In this document: positions 43,645 to 51,529 of the stretch, piece by piece
Layout: every line of letters starts with the position of its first letter
How positions within the stretch are numbered: the stretch's first letter is position 1
Origin: Vicinamibacterales bacterium
Lineage (GTDB): Bacteria > Acidobacteriota > Vicinamibacteria > Vicinamibacterales > UBA2999
Direction of reading: 5' to 3'
DNA: 51,529 nucleotides
Assembly (NCBI GenBank): GCA_050747925.1
Contig: JBOGIV010000174.1
Location: 1-51,529, forward strand
The notes under the pieces: generated by a model
Databases searched by the model: none
The model's input: the letters and a program-made list of their open reading frames with translations, nothing else
Told to the model about the DNA's origin: nothing
Program-made: the position numbers and the translations under genes

Positions 43645-45671
43645 TAACTCCCCGGTTTGATCCACTTTTGAAACCAGTCGAAGTTCCGCTGCATCACCGT
43701 GCGTTCCTGCTGAGGCTCGTAGAAGACGTGTCCTCCTCGCGGATAGATATCGAGCTCGACGACCTTGCCCAGTGCACTCAGCGCGCGAAAGAACTTCTGC
43801 GCCGTGACAAGCGGCACGCGCGGATCGCGATCGCCATGTTGAATCAGCAGCGGCGTCGTGACATTCGCCGCGTGCGTGATCGGCGAGTGGGCGCGATAGC
43901 CGTCCGGATTCTCCCAAGGAAGCTTGAAATACTCGGTCATCAGATCGCCGCCCTCTGTCAGGTAGTACAGATCGGTGAGATCGCTGATGCTGGCGCCGGC
44001 CGAGGCTGCCTTGAAGCGAGACGTCTGGGTCACGATCCAGTTGGTCATGAACCCGCCGTACGAAGCGCCCATCACGCCAAGACGATCGGGATCGGCAATC
44101 CCTCGGGCGATCACGTGATCGACGCCGGTCATGATGTCCTTGTAGTCGGGCCCGCCCCAGTCGTTGATGATCATTCGGTGACCCGCTTCGCCGTACCCGG
44201 ACCCGCCGCGCGGCATCGGAAAGAGGACGGCATATCCGGCGCCGGCAAAGGCTTCGGTTGGATACGGGTCGATTTGACCGGGCACGTGCATGAACTGCGG
44301 AAAGATGCCCAACGTGACGCCGCCGATCGGGCCTCCATGGCAGTACACGATGAGCGGAATCCGAGTCGTGCCGTCGTAGCCCGAGGGCGTCAGCAGCAAG
44401 CCCCAGATTTCCATCCCGTCAAATGATTTCCAGCTGATCGGTTTCAGATCCCCGAGAGCGTACGTCTTGAGCTCGGGATTGACGGCTGTGAGCGTGCGCT
44501 TCTTCCCGCTGCCGATGTCGAGCACGACCACGTCTCCCATCGTGCGCGCTTCAACGGCACGATACGCGATCGTACGGCCGTCGCGGCTGAGGCTGAGCGA
44601 ATAGTCCACTGTCGCATCCGATGACAGGCGCCTGGTCTGACCGCTGGCAAGATCGACCCGAACAATGGGCATCTCGAACATCTGAGCGCCCGTCGCGAAG
44701 GTGCCTTCGTTCATCGTGACCAACAGCGACTGACTGTCGGGCGCCCAGACGATCTCGCTCATCCACGCGCCGTTGATCGGATAGGAACGGATCCGCGAGG
44801 GATCGCCGCCGGCCGCGGGAGCGACGGCCAGGCCACGAGGCGCCATGATTCCCGTGCGTCCGTTTGTCGTGACCAACGCCATCTGCTTCCCATCCGGTGA
44901 GAACTGTGGCATCACGTTCATGCCGGGTCGATCCACGATCGGCCGCGCGGCGCCGCCAGCCAACGGCACGGCGAAGATCCGGGCGGCGTACGGCGCCAGG
45001 AATCCGGAGAACGGCGAGAACGCATACGCGATCTCCCGGCCGTCAGGCGACCAGGAAAAGCTGTCGACGTACTGCTGCGGCGGGGTCAGCACACGTGCAG
45101 TCGAGGGCGAGTCGCTACTCTGAACCCACAACCTCGTCGCCAGTGGAAGCGCTCCGACATGATTGGCGATCGGCGGCGGCGGAGCGCCATCACGCGCGAG
45201 AAACGCCAGCGACCGGCCATCGGCCGACCACTCGTAGCCGCTCACGCCTTCGGCTGCCGTCGTCAGCGGCCGCGCGGCGCCGCCTGTCGCATCGACCACA
45301 AAGACTTGGGGACGACTGTTGGCGAGGGCGAGGAACGAGATTCGCGAGCCATCGGGTGACCATCGCAGCCTCGGTGCGGGGAGCGCCGGCACGAAAATTC
45401 GCGCCTCACTCGCCAGCCGCACCGGCGCGCCGCCGCCGGTTGGAATCAGAAAGAGCGCGGCCTCGTGAGCGTTGGCCGAGAGCGATGGGGTCGAGACCAC
45501 GTAGGCGACGCGATCGCCTGAAGGTGCGATCTCGATGTCGTTGATGGTCCTGAGGGCCATCAGGTCGTCGATGGTGACGCGACGCGAACTCTGCGCGCTG
45601 AGCACCAGGACGGCCACGCACCACAACGTAATTGCCCCACCGAGAGTGACGATCGATGAACGAGCACGCAT
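43644..45671 (-). CDS. S9-family serine peptidase (prolyl oligopeptidase/DPP type) with N-terminal beta-propeller
   Basis: The start is taken at MRARSSIVTLGGAITLWCVAVLVLSAQS. PD40-like repeats are present. The catalytic Ser is in GVMGASYGGFMT, the Asp in HGDRDPRVP and the His in PRGGHVF. Confidence 0.85.
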   Translation of the reverse strand: MRARSSIVTLGGAITLWCVAVLVLSAQSSRRVTIDDLMALRTINDIEIAPSGDRVAYVVSTPSLSANAHEAALFLIPTGGGAPVRLASEARIFVPALPAPRLRWSPDGSRISFLALANSRPQVFVVDATGGAARPLTTAAEGVSGYEWSADGRSLAFLARDGAPPPPIANHVGALPLATRLWVQSSDSPSTARVLTPPQQYVDSFSWSPDGREIAYAFSPFSGFLAPYAARIFAVPLAGGAARPIVDRPGMNVMPQFSPDGKQMALVTTNGRTGIMAPRGLAVAPAAGGDPSRIRSYPINGAWMSEIVWAPDSQSLLVTMNEGTFATGAQMFEMPIVRVDLASGQTRRLSSDATVDYSLSLSRDGRTIAYRAVEARTMGDVVVLDIGSGKKRTLTAVNPELKTYALGDLKPISWKSFDGMEIWGLLLTPSGYDGTTRIPLIVYCHGGPIGGVTLGIFPQFMHVPGQIDPYPTEAFAGAGYAVLFPMPRGGSGYGEAGHRMIINDWGGPDYKDIMTGVDHVIARGIADPDRLGVMGASYGGFMTNWIVTQTSRFKAASAGASISDLTDLYYLTEGGDLMTEYFKLPWENPDGYRAHSPITHAANVTTPLLIQHGDRDPRVPLVTAQKFFRALSALGKVVELDIYPRGGHVFYEPQQERTVMQRNFDWFQKWIKPGS

Positions 45672-45822
45672 GAAGTCTCCTGAGCGGCCAGGCAACCCTG
45701 CCTCCACACTGAGAGAATACGGTTGCCTGCGCGGCCACACTGAGCAGAGGTTCGCTCGCGGTGTGGAGGCAACTCTCAGGGTTGCCGGCTCCGAGGCAGT
45801 ATATGGGGTCTGGTCGGCCGGA

Positions 45823-46221
45823 TCAGATCAACCGATGCCGAATCTCCGGCGGCGGGATCTCGCAGGCGTTGGACTCTCCGGCAAGGCGATGTCTGATCGC
45901 AGCCACGACCGTGTAAACGGCGTCTCGAATCGGCCGCGGCACCCACAGCAGGGCCGCAGCCGCCGGCCAGGGCCCATTCAGCTTGCCCGCGATGCGAAGC
46001 GAGGCCGTCGACTTGAGATAGACGCGTCCATCCTCAATCAACACGATCGTGCCCGGGCGCTCCGCGCCGAATCCAGCCTGAGCCAGCAAGGCGCGTCCTT
46101 CCGGTGACTGTGACGCACCGAAGCGGAAGTATCCAGCGGTATCCCGTCGTGCAACGAACTTCACCGCACCTTCACAGAAGGCGCAGGTCCCGTCGAAGAG
46201 GATGATGCCGTGGGTCGTCAC
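45823..46221 (-). CDS. Thiol-disulfide oxidoreductase, DCC family
   Basis: The motif is IILFDGTCAFCEGAV (DG.C..C). I prefer the GTG at 46219-46221, which has GAGG 7 nt upstream and gives 132 aa. The ATG at 46290 would overlap the divergent DUF885 start. Confidence 0.7.
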   Translation of the reverse strand: MTTHGIILFDGTCAFCEGAVKFVARRDTAGYFRFGASQSPEGRALLAQAGFGAERPGTIVLIEDGRVYLKSTASLRIAGKLNGPWPAAAALLWVPRPIRDAVYTVVAAIRHRLAGESNACEIPPPEIRHRLI

Positions 46222-46288
46222 GATCGCCTCATCACCGCAATTGTAGTCCCGCCGTTGACCCGTCCACCTCCCGCGGTATCCTCTCGCC

Positions 46289-48039
46289 ATGCGGATCTTC
46301 TCGATCTTCGGCGTCGTGGTGCTCAGCCTTTTCACCAGTGCGACAGTGGAAACCCAAGTCGCCAATCTCCCTCCAGCACAAGCACCGGCCAGCGAGTTGG
46401 CATCGCTCGTCGAACGGTACAACGTCGATCGCAGCGCGCTGCTCCGCCGATACGACGTCGAGTACTCGCCCGAGCGCTACGCGCGGGTGACCAGGTTTTT
46501 CCGCGACTGGCAGCAGGACCTGGCGGGCATGGCCTTCGACACGTGGGTAGCGAAGGTCGGATCGACTACACCCTGTTGCGCACGCGACTCGACTACGAGC
46601 TGAAGCTGCTCACACGCGAGCAGCAGTGGGTTCGCGAAGCGTCGGCGCTCACGCCGTTCGCGCCGATCATCATCGGGTTGCTCGAGGCCCGCAGCCGCCT
46701 CGAATCGATCGACGCCGCCAAGACCGCGACGACGCTCGACACATTGGCCAAGAGCATCGACACCGCCATGAAAACCCTCGAGGCGCCCGCGAGAGCCGGC
46801 GGAGCGCCGGTGGTCTCCGATCCCGTTCGGGCGCGTCAGATCAACGCGTTTCGTGCCGCGGAGATTCTCTCGAGCCTCCGCGACGACCTGGCGGCGTGGC
46901 AGCGCTACTACAGCGGGTACGACCCGATGTTCACCTGGTGGGCAGCCAAACCCTATGCCCAGGCCGAAAAGGCCCTGTCGGCTTACATCAAGGCGCTGAG
47001 CGAGAAGGTGGTCGGCTATCGCGACGGTGAAGACGAGCCCATTATCGGCAATCCGATCGGCAGAGCGGCGCTCGAGTCGGACCTCATGTCGGAGTTCATT
47101 CCGTATACGCCCGACGAGCTCCTCGCCGTCGCCGAGCGGGAGTTTGCGTGGTGCGACCGGGAGATGCTGCGCGCCTCACGCGACATGGGATTTGGCGACG
47201 ACTGGAAGGCGGCGCTGGAGAAGGTCAAGACCCTGCATGTCGAGCCTGGCAAACAGACCGACCTGGTGCGCGACCTGGCGCGCGAAGCCGTGGAGTACGT
47301 TCGTTCGCGCGATCTCGTGACGGTTCCACCGCTTGCCGACGAGACGTGGCGAATGACGATGATGTCGCCCGAGCGGCAGAAGGTGAATCCGTTCTTCCTG
47401 GGCGGCGAAGTGATCCAAGTCTCCTACCCCACCGACACCATGGATCAGGACGACAAGATGATGCATGCGCGGGAACAACATCCACTTCTCGCGCTCGACC
47501 GTCTTCCATGAGCTGATCCCCGGCCACGGCCTGCAGCAGTTCATGACCGCCCGCTACAACAGTCATCGCCGCGCGTTCGGCACGCCGTTCTGGACCGAGG
47601 GCTGGTCGCTCTACTGGGAAATGCTGTTGTGGGATGATGGCTTCCCGAGACACCTGAAAACCGCGTCGGGATGCTCTTCTGGCGGATGCGTCGCTGCGCG
47701 CGCATCATCTTCTCGCTGCGGTTCCACATGGGCACGATGGCGCCAGGCGCGGCGGTCGAGTTCCTCGTCAACCGCGTGGGGCACGAGCAGGCCAACGCCG
47801 AGGCCGAGGTCCGCCGATCGTTCAACGGCACCTACCCTCCGCTGTACCAGCTGGCGTACATGATGGGCGGCCTCCAGTTCCGCGCGCTCCATCGGGAGCT
47901 CGTCGAGTCGGGGAAGATGACGAACAAGCAGTTTCACGACACGATACTGAAGAGCGGCAGCATGCCAGTAGAGATGGTGCGCGCGTCGCTCACCCAGCAA
48001 TCGCTGCCACCGGGGTTCAAGACGGGCTGGAGGTTTTAA
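46289..48039 (+). pseudogene. DUF885-family protein gene interrupted by three frameshifts
   Basis: Colinear DUF885-like sequence is spread over four track ORFs in alternating frames. These are 46289.. (signal peptide, FFRDWQQDLAGMAFD), 46210..47511 (GRIDYTLLRTRL...), 47465.. (HFSRSTVFHELIPGHGLQQ, the HE..PGH motif) and 47671..48039 (TPENRVGMLFWRMRRCARII...). The shifts lie near 46541-46549, 47462-47470 and 47648-47650. Confidence 0.7.
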
Positions 48040-48168
48040 CCGGTTAGTGGGAGTCGCGGCTTCGCCGCTCCTGGGATCGCGCCTGGCGGCGCTCATGGGC
48101 GTCGGCGCCTGGCGGGGTCGCGGTAGGGACGACCCTTCGCCTTTGAGGCTCGGGCCGCCCCCCGCACA

Positions 48169-48201
48169 GATCCCAGCGTGCGGGATTACCGCACTGGGCT
48201 C
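48169..48201 (-). ncRNA. Candidate group II intron domain V
   Basis: The minus strand reads GAGCCCAGUGCGGUAAUCCCGCACGCUGGGAUC. It has the AGC triad at positions 2-4 and a lower helix with one G.A mismatch. A 2-nt bulge (CG) sits on the 3-prime strand, above which is a 5-bp upper helix. The loop is a pentaloop rather than GNRA. The loop contains the RT stop codon. Confidence 0.4.
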
Positions 48202-49679
48202 TTGCCGCGGGTACGAACGTCAAAGCGTTGCTCGGGCCACGGATGTGAGATGCGGGCCACAGGGAGCCAACGAGTAATCAGCCGGTGCATGCGCACCCAC
48301 GGCATCCGCCGGCGCTGGCTTCGGCGCAGCAATGCGCGGTGCCAGTGGCGGGCGACTTGTGTGCGGAAGGCCTCGACCATGTGCCCGTTGGTGGGAACAC
48401 CGTAGTACGCGATGTGGCCACGTACGACCGCGTTGAGCCATCGCCCTTGCTCCGGGATGGGCTGGTGGCGGCGGCGCTGTAGGTCATCCTTGACCTGATG
48501 CAGCTTGGCCGTCATTCGTTTCCGCTCGGTCTGCCGCCGCAGGAGGAACCGTCCCGACCGCGAGCGCCCGCAGAGATGGGTGAGCCCGAGGAAGTTGAAG
48601 GTCTCCGGCGTACCGCCAAAGCCCTGGTCCTGTCGGTTTGAGAGGGCGAACTTCCCAAACGCGATCAGACGTGTCTTGGTCGGGTGCAGCTCCAGGTGGA
48701 ATGTCGCGAGTCGCTCGCGCAACTCCTTCTGAAACCGCTCGGCATCGCTGCGGTGCTGAAATCCCACGAGGAAGTCGTCGGCGTACCGCACGATGACCAC
48801 GTCACCATGCGCCGCCTTCGTCCGCCATCGTGCGGTCCAGAGGTCGAGAACGTAGTGCAGGTAGATGTTCGCCAGCAGGGGCGAAATCGTCGCCCCCTGC
48901 GGAGAGCCCTCCTCACTCGGCGTCCACTCCCCGTTTTCCATCACGCCTGCGGCCAGCCATTTCTGGATAAGCCGCATCACCCGTGTATCCCCGACTCGGT
49001 GCCCGACAAACTTGACCAACCATCCGTGGTCGATGGCGTCGAAGTAACCTCGAATGTCGGCATCGAGCACCCAGTTCACCTTCTTCCGCAAGATACTGAC
49101 CGCGAGGGCGTCCAGCGCGTGATGCTGGCCGCGCCCCGGTCTAAACCCATAGGAGAAGCCCAGAAAGTCCACCTCGTAGATGTTGTTGAGCACCTCGACG
49201 ACGGCACGCTGGACGACCTTGTCCTCCAGGCTCGCAATGCCCAGAGGTCGACGTTGCCCATTCGCCTTCGGGATGTACACCCTCCGCGAGGGTCTTGCTC
49301 GATACGCTCCGTTGTGCAGGCGCGCGTGTAGGTCTCGGAGGTTGTCCTCGAGCCGTTCCGCGTACTGCTCCCACGTGACACCATCGACGCCCGGCGCCGC
49401 CGCCTTCTTCAGGGCAGAGAACGCCGCACGAAGTCGGTCGACATCCACGTGGTGCAAGAGCGCAGTGAACCGTATCCGCTTGCTCCTTGCTGCTGCCTGA
49501 CGTACACGGTCGAGCGCACGAGGCGCGCGAGTCCGGCTCTGTGTCCGGGGCGCGTGTGACCCGCCCGTGTTCCCCTTGGCCAGACCCCTTCCCTCCACCG
49601 ACTCCGCGGTCGTCGTGCTGACCTTGTTCGTCGGCTTCGGTGGTACTACGGGCCTGTCCGACTTCCCGGCCTCGTACAT
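48186..49679 (-). CDS. Group II intron reverse transcriptase/maturase
   Basis: RT blocks are RRVYIPKANGQRRPLGIASLEDKVVQ, FSYGFRPGRGQHHAL and the YADD box IVRYADDFLVGF. The maturase/X region is FNFLGLTHLCG...RGHIAYYGV. The start is taken at MYEAGKSDRPVVP (cat at 49677-49679). The open frame continues upstream to 50012. Confidence 0.85.
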   Translation of the reverse strand: MYEAGKSDRPVVPPKPTNKVSTTTAESVEGRGLAKGNTGGSHAPRTQSRTRAPRALDRVRQAAARSKRIRFTALLHHVDVDRLRAAFSALKKAAAPGVDGVTWEQYAERLEDNLRDLHARLHNGAYRARPSRRVYIPKANGQRRPLGIASLEDKVVQRAVVEVLNNIYEVDFLGFSYGFRPGRGQHHALDALAVSILRKKVNWVLDADIRGYFDAIDHGWLVKFVGHRVGDTRVMRLIQKWLAAGVMENGEWTPSEEGSPQGATISPLLANIYLHYVLDLWTARWRTKAAHGDVVIVRYADDFLVGFQHRSDAERFQKELRERLATFHLELHPTKTRLIAFGKFALSNRQDQGFGGTPETFNFLGLTHLCGRSRSGRFLLRRQTERKRMTAKLHQVKDDLQRRRHQPIPEQGRWLNAVVRGHIAYYGVPTNGHMVEAFRTQVARHWHRALLRRSQRRRMPWVRMHRLITRWLPVARISHPWPEQRFDVRTRGKSPVR

Positions 49680-50140
49680 CACCGGCGTTCGGCCTGTGGC
49701 CTTGCCGGCGCGTCCCGCCGCGCCATCCGCGACGGGCGAGCCCGGGACCTCCCGGTTCTCGCGCAGAAAGCTTCCGTACGTGCCACGGGTCTCCGACCGC
49801 GCGGGGCCGTCCGGGAACTCGCATTGGCGCTCCCGGTCCGTGTGGCCTTCCGCCTCGCTTAACGGCGTCGGCGCCCCGGAGTGTCTGATTTCGCGGCTCA
49901 ATACCGTGCCCGTACGTGCCCCTGTCAACGCTTCGCCGCCGTCCTCGCGGACGACTGCGCATGACTCGGGGTCATCGTGGGTGGCTGACCCTTCGATGTA
50001 AGGCTCTTTCATCCTCTGCTTCCTGCCGGTTTATCCCGGCGCACTAAGCGTTCGACGAACCCCGTCTTGAAGCGGCGTTCCTGATCATCGAGACTGCGGG
50101 CCGGAGGAGTGGAGTGACGAGGGACCGGACCCGCAGGAAG

Positions 50141-50434
50141 ATGCAGGCATTGGTGCGGCAATGGGAGGCGAGCGATGAGCCGCGGCAGGCGTTCGCGCAG
50201 CGGCACGGCCTCACGGTGTCGCAGTTCGATTATTGGAAACGGCTCGTCCGTCAGATCCTCTTAAGTGAATCGCTGCCGGCGTTCGCGCCGGTGCGCGTGC
50301 TCACGGACCGAGACACGGCCGTGGGCGGCACGATGGAGTGGGTGCTCACCAGCGGTGAGCGGCTGATCATTCGCGACAGTCTCTCGCCAGAGCTCGTGCG
50401 CACCGTCGTGTCCGCGTTGCGCGCGTCGTGCTGA
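50141..50434 (+). CDS. tnpA: IS66 accessory protein TnpA (Orf1)
   Basis: The sequence MQALVRQWEASDEPRQAFAQRHGLTVSQFDYWKRL is HTH-like. The track starts at a GTG at 50114. The stop overlaps the tnpB start by 7 nt. Confidence 0.7.
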   Translation: MQALVRQWEASDEPRQAFAQRHGLTVSQFDYWKRLVRQILLSESLPAFAPVRVLTDRDTAVGGTMEWVLTSGERLIIRDSLSPELVRTVVSALRASC

Positions 50435-50784
50435 CGATCTCGCCGGCGGTTCGCATCTATGTCGCGACCGGGGCCACCGATCTGCGACGTTCGATCGATG
50501 GGCTCTCGACACTGGTGCGCGAGCGCCTCGACTTGAATCCCTTGTCGGGGCATCTCTTTCTCTTTCGCAATCGGCGTGGGGACCGACTCAAGATCTTGGT
50601 CTGGGACCAGTCCGGATTTTGGATCCTGTATAAACGGCTGGAGGCAGGCACGTTTGCGTGGCCTGCCGAACAGGCGGGCGCGCCGGTCGAGATGCGCCAT
50701 CGCGATCTGCTCCTGTTGCTCTCGGGCGTCGATCTCGCCGCCACACGGCGACGCCACTGGTACGATCGCGTCGCGGCCTCCTGA
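50428..50784 (+). CDS. tnpB: IS66 Orf2 protein TnpB
   Basis: VRIYVATGATDLRRSIDGLSTLVRERLDLNPLSGHLFLFRNRRGDRLKILVWDQSGFWILYKRLEAGTF is the conserved IS66 Orf2 core. Confidence 0.85.
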   Translation: MLTISPAVRIYVATGATDLRRSIDGLSTLVRERLDLNPLSGHLFLFRNRRGDRLKILVWDQSGFWILYKRLEAGTFAWPAEQAGAPVEMRHRDLLLLLSGVDLAATRRRHWYDRVAAS

Positions 50785-50836
50785 TCACGGTGCGAATCGG
50801 TAAGCGTCTGCCGCGGGTGATCGTATAGATCAATGA

Positions 50837-51529
50837 ATGGATCAGCCGCGTGCGCTTGACGCCACGATCGACAATCTCGACACCGCACGCGCCCTCATCG
50901 CCACGCTCCACGAGCAACTCACGAAATCCCAACGGGAAGTCGCGGCACTGCGTCATCAGCTCGATGTGTTGTGCCAGCGCTTGTTTGGCAAGAAGTCCGA
51001 GCGCGTCGATGCCCGGCAGCTGCAGCTCGCGCTCGAGCAGCTCGCCAACGAACCGGGCGCGGTGACCGAGCCCATTGAGATGGACGCGGGCGACACGCCC
51101 GTGCGCGGGCACGCGCGTCGGCGGCCGACGGGGCGCCGCCCGCTGCCGGGGCATCTGCCACGCCGACGCGTTGAGATCGACGTGCCCGACGCGGACAAGC
51201 AATGTGGCTGTGGCCACCTGAAGACGCGCATCGGCGAATCCGTCGCCGAGAAACTCGAGTATAAGCCCGCCAGTTTCGTGGTGATCGAAACGGTCCGCGC
51301 CAAGTACGCGTGCCCGCACTGCCACGACGGCGTGGTGGAAGCGCCGGCGCCGCCGCAGGCGATCGAGAAGTCGCTCGCTGGCGAAGGGCTGCTCGCACAC
51401 GTCGTGGTGTCGAAGTACGTCGATCACCTGCCGTTGTACCGCCTTGAACAGATCTTTGCGCGCGAGCAGATCGACCTGGCGCGCACAACCTTGTGCGAGT
51501 GGGTCGCCGCGGTCGCCACGGCCCTCGCG
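50837..51529 (+). CDS. tnpC: IS66-family transposase TnpC, N-terminal 231 codons (3-prime partial)
   Basis: This ORF is not in the track because it has no stop inside the window. My own translation from the ATG at 50837 gives MDQPRALDATIDNL...LCQRLFGKKSERVD...DKQCGCGHLKTRIG...KYACPHCHDGV...GLLAHVVVSKYVDHLPLYRLEQIF. These are the leucine-zipper, zinc-finger and DDE-N blocks of IS66 transposases. Confidence 0.85.
   Translation, partial: MDQPRALDATIDNLDTARALIATLHEQLTKSQREVAALRHQLDVLCQRLFGKKSERVDARQLQLALEQLANEPGAVTEPIEMDAGDTPVRGHARRRPTGRRPLPGHLPRRRVEIDVPDADKQCGCGHLKTRIGESVAEKLEYKPASFVVIETVRAKYACPHCHDGVVEAPAPPQAIEKSLAGEGLLAHVVVSKYVDHLPLYRLEQIFAREQIDLARTTLCEWVAAVATALA

Larger units (their letters stand above)
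48123..50044 (-). mobile_element. Group II intron (apparently full length; boundaries provisional)
   Basis: On the minus strand the 5-prime end reads GUGCGCCGGG (G at 50044). An RT/maturase ORF lies inside. A domain V candidate is at 48169-48201. The proposed 3-prime end ...CCCUAC is at 48123. The 3-prime boundary is the least certain part. Confidence 0.6.
50045..51529 (+). mobile_element. IS66-family insertion sequence, left part (runs off the window)
   Basis: It has the canonical three-gene order tnpA-tnpB-tnpC. The left end reads TAAGCGTTCGACGAACCCC, which is the IS66-type GTAAGCG terminus lacking its first G at this position. Confidence 0.8.

Noticed and set aside
46288-46291. A CATG where the divergent DCC and DUF885 genes would share overlapping start codons.
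   Set aside because: DCC-family proteins normally begin a few residues before the DG.C..C motif. An in-frame GTG at 46221 with a GAGG upstream gives a typical 132-aa protein and removes the overlap.
48186-50012. Reverse transcriptase as a retron, DRT or other defence-associated RT.
   Set aside because: It contains a maturase/X domain (FNFLGLTH...RGHIAYYG). It is preceded by a GUGCG 5-prime end and followed or overlapped by a domain V-like hairpin. No accessory effector genes are nearby. It fits a group II intron RT.

Overview
This is a GC-rich bacterial chromosomal window. The gene content points to an Acidobacteriota/Gemmatimonadota-like organism: Oar-type TonB receptors with CarboxypepD_reg N-termini, a DUF1592/DUF1552 pair and TolB-propeller/amidohydrolase fusions. 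That assignment is inference only.

Layout:
1. 59-17272 (minus strand): an approximately 17 kb polysaccharide locus. It holds 7 glycosyltransferase-type genes, 3 methyltransferases, a Wzm/Wzt ABC exporter, a BY-kinase co-polymerase, a short OPX protein and a beta-barrel. Nearly every gene junction overlaps.
2. 17345-18419: a small secreted protein and a DxDxDG-repeat lipoprotein.
3. 18843-24752: a DUF1592 (two CxxCH motifs) / DUF1552 (Tat signal) / secreted ankyrin operon, closed by a clean terminator.
4. 24854-29722: an uncharacterised envelope cluster. It contains a DUF5658-like protein, a class II cytochrome c lipoprotein, two tandem DUF6644-like membrane proteins, a DUF6152-like protein with a predicted N-terminal His-His, and two secreted paralogs.
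5. 29837-32010: a nucleotidyltransferase plus a GHMP sugar kinase.
6. 32020-41081: a propeller-amidohydrolase, an Oar-like TonB-dependent receptor and a secreted amidase.
7. 41089-46221: gnd and zwf (convergent), an S9 peptidase and a DCC oxidoreductase.
8. 46289-51529: a decaying, mobile-element-rich edge. It has a DUF885 gene broken by three frameshifts, an apparently full-length group II intron, and an IS66 element (tnpA/tnpB/partial tnpC). In-silico removal of the intron appears to restore the IS66 GTAAGCG terminus.

Five 3-prime intergenic spacers are filled with short tandem or palindromic repeat arrays with units of 7-9 nt.

No rRNA, tRNA or CRISPR was found. All family names come from motif recognition by eye and need HMM or BLAST confirmation. 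Many long antisense ORFs in the track are GC artefacts.
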